A stretch of DNA of 64,000 nt. Origin: Octopus vulgaris (lineage: Eukaryota). Below, piece by piece: positions 55,407-64,000 of the stretch (the stretch's first letter is position 1; every line of letters begins with the position of its first letter). Under the pieces are notes generated by a model. It was not told where the DNA came from. It made no database searches and saw nothing but the letters and a program-made list of their open reading frames with translations. The stretch lies in the NCBI GenBank assembly GCA_951406725.2, contig OX597821.1:75826001-75890000 (forward strand), read 5' to 3'. The translations under genes were made by a program, and so were the position numbers.

Positions 55407-55681
55407 TAGGGACATCAAACAGACAGACAGACTGAGAGTCAGATGCCTTGTAAACACCGATAAACTAAACATTATGAAACACTGCATCAACTTGAGCAAC
55501 AGCGATAACAACTCTAGCGACAACCAGCTCTAATATATCCACCCGGAATAACAATGTGGGTGTCAAGGTATAACCATGGCTAACACTGTTGAATAAGGAG
55601 CTGGCCACTCAATAAACAAGCGGATACTCACATTCCCAGCGATAAGCACAGATCCGCACAAAAATATGTTTGTATATATGT

Positions 55682-55752
<71 letters not shown>

Positions 55753-56985
55753 CAGACAGGCAGACAGAGAGGGGGAATATTAGTGTTGATAGAAGTAAAA
55801 GTCAGAAATATCTACGTCTAAGTCACTCAACAAAAAAGATAAACTCTTGTGATTGATACTTCGCATTGTATTGAGGTAGTTTTTAGTTTTTAGTTTGTTT
55901 GTTTTTCTTCATATTTTTTTCCCTAGTTTTTTGTTTTCTGTCCACAACCAGCGCAGAACAAACAGGACGACAAACATATAATCCTTTGTTTACATCGCTT
56001 CTGTAAATGACACACAACCGGCCTTCTTATCACTGATTGATTTTTCCACCCAAATTCTCACTCAACCCATTCGCTTTTATTTTGTTATGGCTTTCATATC
56101 TTTACACCATTGCTTTCATTACTTCTTCCTTCTCATCCTCCTCATCCTCCTCTTCTTCTTCATCTTTTCCATTATTGTATACCATTATTATTGTTTTTAT
56201 TATTGTTATTATTATTATTATTATTTTTTTTTTATTATTATCATTATTATTATTTTTTTTATTATTATTATTATTATCGTTATTATTATTATTATTATTA
56301 TTATTATTGTTATTATTATTATTATTATTATTGTTATTATTATTATTATTACTATATCATATACTTTAGTTTAAAGACATTTTTCTTTGTAAAGCCACTG
56401 CGCTCTTTTATATTTATGACGTCTCTGTAAGTGTACGTTATAGCATTTCTTCTAACGTGGCCATTGTTGATGTTGTTGATGGGGTCCGTTCTCAATTTAT
56501 TGTTGCCGCTGAAGTGGTCGTCGTTGGTTTCCGAAGCCATTGAAGTTTATTGCTGTTGTTCGTTGTTAGTGTTAATATTCTTGTTGTTGATGTTGCTGTT
56601 ATTGTTGCATTGTTCATAATATTGATAATATTCATCTTGTTATTGTAGTTCCCGTTGAGGTCAAACTTTGCCATTCTTTGCTCAACAAACAAGTCAACAA
56701 ACCGGAAAACTTTGGAAATATTCTTCGAGTTTTGCAGATTGTTGATGCAACTTTTCCTTTTCACCTTTTTACGAGTGATAAGCTCTTATTATCCTTATTA
56801 TCCTAGTTTGTCTTCGTTGCTTTACGCTCAGACATTTCTTATATTAAAATCTCCGTTAGAGTGATCACAATAGCCATACTTTTCTCTGCTGCAAAACTCT
56901 TCTCGACATTGTGAGAAACTTCTAAAGTTTATCGCTACCCACAAACTGAAGGGCAAAATGTTTCATTTCTTTTACAACAACAACA

Positions 56986-57043
<58 letters not shown>

Positions 57044-57216
57044 TCGTCCGTTCTCATGCGTGTTTTCTTTCTTTTTTCTTTTTCTTTTTTTCTTTCCTGG
57101 ACTTCTGTTCCTCTTCTAATTCTTTTTTTTACCATTTTTTCTTTCTTCGTTTGCTTCTTATTTCTTATCTTACTTTGGCTAATATTTCCAACCAAATAAT
57201 AGCTTTAATAATAATG

Positions 57217-57278
<62 letters not shown>

Positions 57279-57280
57279 CC

Positions 57281-57495
57281 ATTCTACTAAATGTACAAGG
57301 CCTGTAATTTTGAGTGGTGGGGCGGGATTAGTCGATTTCATCGACTCCGGTGTTTTACTGGTACTTAGTTTACCGTCCCCGAAAGAATAAAGAGCAAAGT
57401 CGACCTCGGCAGAATTTGAACTCAGAATGGAAAGACGGATGAAAAGCCGATAAGCATTTTTTTCGGCATCGTAACGATTCTGCCAGTAAGCCGCC
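57281..57495 (-). mobile_element. SINE family A, short-tail, in (TAA)n
   Basis: Core AAAGTCGACCTCGGCAGAATTTGAACTCAGAA. Confidence 0.8.
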
Positions 57496-57528
57496 TAATA
57501 AAATAATAATAATAATAATAATAATAAT

Positions 57529-57878
57529 GTGTAACCTGAAGACTAAAACAATATCTGTTGTGCCCTAGGAATGATAGCAAAAAGGGATGATTGCTACCTA
57601 TCTCTGATACCAAGAAACCCCAAAATGGCAAAAATTCAAAAGATAGTGCTTATGGGAACTGCCCAAATCCTACTTAAAAATCTATATAATCTCAAATTTT
57701 AAAACAGATACATAATTTTCTTATGGTTTCTTAAACATTATCTAGAACAACACTATGTACGAAACGAAATACATGACACCCTAGGCATAACACCAACATG
57801 AAGTTCTAACTTTTTGTCTCTTGGGGTCTCTGGGTGAGACTTGGAGCCAGCTTGTGCAAACGCAAAGCAAAAACAAAC

Positions 57879-57880
<2 letters not shown>
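57529..57880 (+). mobile_element. 3' fragment of an R4/Dong-like RLE retrotransposon in (TAA)n
   Basis: Broken frame NLKTKTI...ALGMIAK...KIQKIVLMGTAQIL, homologous to the 62292-62531 peptide; (TAA)n on both sides. Confidence 0.75.
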
Positions 57881-57936
<56 letters not shown>

Positions 57937-58071
57937 TAATAATCTTCCTCTCCTTGTCTTCCCTCGCTCACCCTCTTTTTCTCTCGCTTTGCCTCTCCCC
58001 CACTACCTTTCTCCATGCCTGGACAAAAGTACTCCTGTTTTCAACAACAACCCAGCCGCTTCGTAAATTTC

Positions 58072-59823
58072 TTAACCGCTTTAACCGATAAGAAGCGTTC
58101 TGTGTTCTTTTCTATCTTCCTTAATTTTATTGTATTTTATGTTATTTGCTCTAATCGCCGAATTACCTGTTATATTCACTTTTAAAATATTTAATTTCAA
58201 AGAAACAGGAAAGAAAAAGGAGAGAAAGGGATAACATAAGATGGCGGAGGCGCGACGATCCACTTACGTTAAAGCCAACGGTGTGCTCAGCCGCGCCCAG
58301 CATTAATGACCGCAATGCCGTTGCCGCAGAGAATGGCCAATGACACTTGCTGCTGCAACCACTTCACCTGTACGGCTCATTTCTCAGATGGAGGTAATAA
58401 ATAGCACGGCTCATTTCTCAGATAGAGGTAATTTGCGGAAATAGTAAATAGTACGGGGGCCGAAAAAACCTGATGCCTCGACGATAGACGATTTTCTCTG
58501 AAAAACAGTTCATAATATTCGACCTTATCTTTCTCTCCTCCTCTCGCTCCCGTCTTCACCCTCTCTCTCTCTTCACCGTCTCTCTCTCTCTCTCTCTCAA
58601 TCTCCTTTCTCTTGGCCATACCAAAACCATTCCTGTCTTATCCTTGTGGGCGATGCGCCCACCCTAGACACTCAACCCACCACCGGTTAACGGGAAATGC
58701 AGCAGTTCACTCCGGCCATAAAACTGCTTCCTTTTTATAAAAAACAAAAATGTCGAGTCGTCGGCGTAAAACAGCAACCCCACAAAACCTGGTCTGTGTA
58801 GAGGAAGATTTTTCTGGCTCTCTGGTTATCCTGAAGGACCTGTCTAATAACTCTGAGGACTCTGAGGAGGTGTCGGACATCCAAACAATATTTCTTTATT
58901 AGTAGTGCTACCGACGAAGCCAATATTTAAGCCAATAAGACAATATTTTGGTTGGAAGAAGGCGGTGATCTGGCAGAATCATTAGCTCGCTGGACGAAAT
59001 GCTTGGCGGTATTTCGCCCGTCGCTACGTTCTGAGTTCAAATTCCACCGAGGTCGACTTTGCCTTTTATCTTTCGGGGTCGATAAATTAAGTACCAGTTG
59101 TGTACCAGGTCGATCTGATCGACTGACCTCTTCCCCCCACCCAAAATTTCAGGCCTTGTGCTTATAATAGAAAGGAATATTTTGGCCGGATAGGAGCGAG
59201 TTATATCGGGCTGGGTAGGCTGCGATGATTGTACAAGAATAGACACACAATCTACAAGTCTACAATACATGCACACCAACACGGTTGATGCTCCGTGAAG
59301 CGCACAATGCTTAGGCCGCCCCTTCTTCTCACCTAACAATTCCTCTGCAACAAAGTGACATAATGCTGTATTCTGTCCTTAGATGACCTTCATTACTACA
59401 TTTAGTTTGCGCTTTGCTTTCTATTCTGAACTCTAAAGTTATGTATTCCAGAATTGTAATCCCAAGCACACTAAAGTGTTTCATTTTGGTCTACGAATAT
59501 TGTAATGTACTCAATAAATCTTGTGATAAGAACTCTACATTGAGATGTGAACCCTACCTCTTATATATGCCCCTACTCGTATCTGGTTTATGTTTTGTAG
59601 CACGAGCATTTATTTCATTATTTTATTTCAATTTATACGATAACTATGTTATATTAAAGCAATGGCTAGCACGATCAATGTGCCGTGCAATTTCATGATA
59701 ATGCCATCGTCCGTTGTGAAATAACGGACTATGGAATTATTGATACTGAAGCTCACGAAAGCTACTTTGCCGCAACAGAAACCCTTGCGCGAATTGGTTC
59801 ACCTTAGGGATAAGCGATCGTTA
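58072..59823 (+). mobile_element. Tentative TTAA-bounded (piggyBac-like) decayed DNA transposon with a PHD-like remnant
   Basis: TTAA at both ends with weakly similar inner sequence; MAEARRSTY at 58241; basic then acidic mini-ORF at 58750; WVGCDDC at ~59213-59233; 27-bp direct repeat. Confidence 0.3.
58961..59176 (+). mobile_element. SINE family A, short-tail
   Basis: Full head, core and tail; AATATTTTGG..GGA duplicated on both sides. Confidence 0.88.
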
Positions 59824-60031
59824 ATATTTTCACAATCCAATATGTGCATCTTTCTTGAAGTTTGGAATCCGCTCTCGACTTTTCACCATCCATCTATCGC
59901 CTCTTTTATCATGATGGGTATTTTTTTCTGCTGGCTCAGAAACTAAAAGCCAGTGTGTGTGTGTGTGTGTGTGTGTGAGTATTTGAGTGTATGTATGTCT
60001 GTGCATACGACAGCTGATCAACCAGTATACC

Positions 60032-60662
60032 TATTTCTTTACTACCCACAAGGGGCTAAACACAAAGGGGACAAACAAAGACAAACAAACGGATTAGGTC
60101 GATTACATCGACCCTAGTGCGTAACTGGTACTTATTTAATCCACCCTGAAAGGATGAAAGGCAAAGTCGACGTCTGCGGAACTTCAACACAGAACGTAAA
60201 GACAGACGAAATACAGCTAAGCATTTCTCCCGTAGTGCTAACGTTTCTTATTTCTTTATTGTCCACAAGGGGCTAAACATAAAGGGGACAAACAATGACA
60301 GACAAAGGGATTAAGTCGATTAAATTGCCCCAGTGCGTAACTGGTACTTAATTTATCGACCCCGAAAGGATGAAAGGCAAAGTCAACCTCGGCGGAATTT
60401 AAACTCAGAACGTAAAGACAGACGAAATACATATTTCTTTACTACCCACAAAGGGCTAAACACAAAGAGGACAAACAAGGACAGACAAACGGATTAAGTC
60501 GATTACAGCGACCCCAGTGTGTAACTGGTACTTATTTAATCGACCCCGAAAGGATGAAAGGCAAAGTCGACCTCGGCGGAATTTGAACTCAGAACGTAGC
60601 GGCAGACGAAATACCGCTAAGCATTTCGCCCGGTGTGCTAACGTTTCTGCCAGCTCGCCACC
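60032..60662 (-). mobile_element. Three head-to-tail SINE family A long-tail copies
   Basis: Tail TATTTCTTTA(C/T)T..CCACAA(G/A)GGGCTAAAC recurs at ~60032, ~60249 and ~60433; only the last copy has a complete head. Confidence 0.9.
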
Positions 60663-61400
60663 TTACCATTCTACTGGAATTGCTCTATTTCTGAGGAAGC
60701 ATTGAACATCGGGGAATTTCCGGTGTAAATAACTACTGGATTTCCTGAACTGGATCATGTTCTCCTGTGGCATCAGGTATAATTTTACCGTCCGTAAATA
60801 CCAGCACATATACTCTCACGTTGTTTATGCGGTTGTATGTGTATCTCTCAGGTTTCACTTGTATGCACATATATATGTACGTGTGTTCGTGTGTGTGTGT
60901 GTATGAGCGCGTGTGTGTGCATACGGATGAGACTCGGCTTACGTACATGGATCTGTTTTAATGTACGTATTTATATGTCTTATTACACATATTACAATAG
61001 TTAAAAATAGTTTTATGATCATCATCAACACCAGATTCAGCACCACCGCCACCGTCACCATCACCACCACCACCACCATCATGATTCTGTTCATCATCAT
61101 CATCATCATTATTTGTTATGCATTATTGCATTATATTTGATTTATCTTTGTAATAAAATGATGTTAATTATTAGCGAATTACAATCGTTTAATAATTGCG
61201 AAAGCCAGTGATAATAATCTGTAAGTCGGAATAAATCTGTTCATGTAACAAGAGTCATTAAAATATATCTAATTAGGGTTAATTATAAAGATTTCGATTA
61301 AGACAAACTTCTTTCACATTCTAAGAATCTAAAGTATTATTAACTAGCACACTTTATTTTATATGTCTGATAATCATTTAATTTTCTACAATTTCCTACC

Positions 61401-61461
<61 letters not shown>

Positions 61462-61650
61462 TTTTCTACTGTCGGCACAAGGCCTGAAATTTGGGACAAG
61501 GCGGCTTGATGATTACGTCTTCACCGTTGCTCAAATGGTATTTATTTTATCAACGTCGAAAGGACGAAAGGCAAAGTCTACGTCGGTACGGCTTGAACTC
61601 AGTAACTAAAGACAGACAAAATGTCACTTAGCATTTGTTCGGCTTTGCCA
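61462..61650 (-). mobile_element. Diverged SINE family A short-tail
   Basis: GGCACAAGGCCTGAAATTTGGG and GAAAGGCAAAGTC blocks. Confidence 0.7.
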
Positions 61651-61654
61651 GAAT

Positions 61655-62060
61655 TACATTTTATGAGCGTTCGCCATAGAGATTGACAATAAAGCAAAGA
61701 GGCCAGATATGTCAATAAATGACAAAATGAACTAGCATTGTAAGAGCATAGACTTTGCAATACCCTGTGATGAACAATGTGAGGCCAAAGAAATTGAAGA
61801 AATTAAGTAACATCAGGACCTAGCCGCAAGGTTGAAGAGATAATGGAAGACTAAGAGAATAAATGTTCCAATGGAAATTGGTGCACTTGGTACCACATCC
61901 AAATTGCTACCTACAAAACTGAACGATATTGGATTTGAAACTCGTATTGTCGACTTACAGAAAAGTACAAACTTGTATGTTACACAAGACCTAAAAAATA
62001 TTCTTGAGAGTTGAGGAGACTTGTGGTCAGCAAGCCTCAAGATAAGTTCCCTCCTAACTA
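61655..62060 (+). pseudogene. Decayed RLE domain of a non-LTR retrotransposon
   Basis: IKAKRPDMSINDK...IDFAIPCD...KEIEEIK*HQDLA...VPMEIGALGT...LQKST, with in-frame stops; RPD...D...E..K endonuclease signature. Confidence 0.8.
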
Positions 62061-62116
62061 ACTAACTAATAAAAATTAATTAATTAATTAATTAATTAAT
62101 AATAATAATAATAATA

Positions 62117-62188
<72 letters not shown>

Positions 62189-62191
<3 letters not shown>

Positions 62192-62965
62192 TAGTTTTAT
62201 TTTTATTTTTATAGCGTGCTTTCACTTCACTACCGAGCGCAGCTCTGTGTGCCTTGGGTATGTGCTGTGATTTGTTGTGATGCTCTGATGGTTATTGTAT
62301 GGAAAGTGTTCTGCGTAGGATGTGTGCAGTGCCTAGTAGTGCAATTTTCTGTATGTTATATGTGTTTGTAAGTCCTGGTGTTTTTGTTATGTATTTGTCT
62401 GAATATTTTTTTATCATGCCTAATGCACCTACTATGATAGGAAGTGTTTCTGTTTTCAGATTCCACATTCTAGTTACCTCTATTTCCAGGTCTTTGTATT
62501 TTGAGAGTTTCTCCATTTCTTTTAGAGACACGTTGTCATCTGCCGGTACTGATACATCAATTAGAAAGCATTTTTTTCTTCATGGTCTCTGACAACTATA
62601 TCTGGTCTGTTGGCCTTAATTTCTCTATCTGTGTGTATCGGCATATCCCAGAGTATGGTTGCTTTCTCGTTTTCTGTGACCTTTTCTGGTGTGTGCCTAT
62701 ACCATCTTTTTTCTGTTGTTATTCCATAATGTTGGCATAGCTTCCAATGTATGTAAGTTCCAACTCTGTCATGTCTGTGAATATATTCCTTCTTAGCCAG
62801 GACTGGGCAGCTAGAGATAATATGATTTATTGTTTCTTGTCCATCTCCACATATTCTGCAGTTACTTGTAATATTTCTTTTCATTACATGTTTTTGGTAA
62901 TTTCTGGTGGGGAGGCTTTGGTCTTGTGCTGCAATTAAAAATCCCTCTGTTTCTGCTTTGAGTCC
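62189..62965 (-). mobile_element. 5'-truncated R4/Dong-clade non-LTR retrotransposon in (TAA)n
   Basis: ETEGFLIAAQDQ, CCHC knuckle CRICG..ETINHIISSC, RHD, ILWD...RPDIVV, EKLSKYKDL, PIIVGALG; one frameshift near 62570; pure (TAA)n on both sides on the sense strand. Confidence 0.92.
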
Positions 62966-63039
<74 letters not shown>

Positions 63040-63563
63040 GAGTGCGAGAGCAGTGCATGCCATCAAAATGACACTGGGGTAAAATATACGAAACCCAGTA
63101 TACCCATCATAACAAACCTGTCTGATAAGTGTACACTAGGCACATGCATCACAACCATATTTGTGCGACATGGTGATCTCATATCAAGGTCAACAGCACA
63201 TGACCTTGTAGGTGGGGCCCAGTTAGAATTTTCTTCTGGTCGATTAGCCCATCCTGCTCAAATGGTCCCTGAATAAGGGTTGTTTAAGGATGTTGAACGA
63301 AACACCCATGTTCCCAGAGGTGAATTATTCAATCCCCAAAGAATCCCTCTCAACACACGGTTATGATGCTCCCCGACTACTTCTGCTCGTGATCAGAGAT
63401 GCACATATCATCAGCCACTAAGGGACATGCTCAACTGGTTATGGTCAAACAACCGACAAGCAAATCTGTGTGTATTGAGCAGAATATTTGCTGTAGCCCA
63501 TCTTTTATACCAAGACAAAACAATGTACATGATAACACTTCCAATCAGTTAAGATCAGAAGCC
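63040..63563 (-). mobile_element. Non-coding ~520-bp element in (TAA)n (non-autonomous element or long LINE 3'UTR)
   Basis: Homologous to 84-318; both copies bounded by (TAA)n in the same relative orientation. Confidence 0.75.
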
Positions 63564-63588
63564 ATTATTATTATTTTTATTATTATTA

Positions 63589-63640
<52 letters not shown>

Positions 63641-63782
63641 GATAGCCGAAGAGAAGGAACACACTGAGTTGAAAACCAGGGAAGTAAGGACCCAGCCGCC
63701 TTGGTGGGCTACCTTGATAGAGATTGTGTCTTGATAAAAACACCAGTTGGTAGTAATTTAAAAACACACCTCATGACTGTAA

Positions 63783-64000
63783 ATGTCAAGCAAAATAGAT
63801 GACGATAACGGTGTGAACGGGACTGGAACCAGTGGTGAAGGTGGCGCCCCTGTCAGGCGCCCTAGTGTGCAGCACGGTTGTCCCGGTCTTAATCTAGCAA
63901 CTGCTAGCCATTCTACAAGACGTAAGTGGAGTAAACAGATAAACATGATTGTCATGGAGTGTTACTACCGGAGCATCCTAGTGGATGCATATGGCGTGCC
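63783..64000 (+). CDS. N-terminus of an R4/Dong-like retrotransposon ORF, open to the window end (putative 5'UTR 63641-63782)
   Basis: MSSKIDDDNGVNGTGTSGEGGAPVRRPSVQHGCPGLNLATASHSTRRKWSKQINMIVMECYYRSILVDAYGV; RRKWS..N..VMECYY.S resembles the R4/Dong N-terminal Myb-like motif; no stop before 64000. Confidence 0.7.
   Translation, partial: MSSKIDDDNGVNGTGTSGEGGAPVRRPSVQHGCPGLNLATASHSTRRKWSKQINMIVMECYYRSILVDAYGV

Noticed and set aside
55872-55885. let-7-like TGAGGTAGT (and miR-200-like TAACACTGT near 55580)
   Set aside because: Seed-only matches; the rest of the mature sequence and a precursor hairpin are absent
56352-56764. Overlapping Asn/Thr-rich minus-strand ORFs (MAKFDLNGN..., MASETNDDH...)
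   Set aside because: Derived from degenerate (AAC)n repeats, need a frameshift to join, and have no recognisable domain
60032-60662. Regularly spaced repeats suggesting a CRISPR-like array
   Set aside because: They are tandem SINE copies with homologous, not unique, intervening sequence; eukaryotic context and no cas genes
63641-63760. Possible HDV-like ribozyme in the R4/Dong leader (GATAGCC/GGCTACC as P1)
   Set aside because: P1 has a mismatch and no P1.1 GG, canonical L3 or P2 could be placed

Overview
AT-rich, microsatellite-dense eukaryotic DNA with no supportable intact host protein-coding gene. The SINE families and the (TA)n/(CA)n/(TAA)n/(TACA)n/(TCTA)n load point to a coleoid cephalopod, probably Octopus (inference). 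Nearly all ORFs in the supplied track are microsatellite translations. The window is a mosaic of mobile-element relics: tRNA-derived SINEs (Meta/MESC-type and CORE-type), three non-autonomous Helitrons, Tc1/mariner MITEs, decayed Tigger/pogo, Merlin, hAT-like and piggyBac-like transposons, Gypsy remnants, a CRE-like remnant, and several restriction-like-endonuclease (RLE, R4/Dong-type) non-LTR retrotransposon pieces inside simple repeats. One of these has an open 5' ORF running off the right edge. The best lead is a short element at two loci (11.1 kb and 41.8 kb) that combines a tRNA-like Pol III head, a (TAA)n spacer and a minimal type I hammerhead ribozyme motif, arranged as inverted partial dimers like Penelope pLTRs. 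Other leads: a perfect 119-bp-arm palindrome, an RLE family apparently embedded in (CATA)n rather than (TAA)n, and a SINE with two swapped 3' tails, one resembling a LINE-like 3' end in this window. There is a 100-N assembly gap at 36903-37002. All family assignments come from motif recognition by eye, not database searches.
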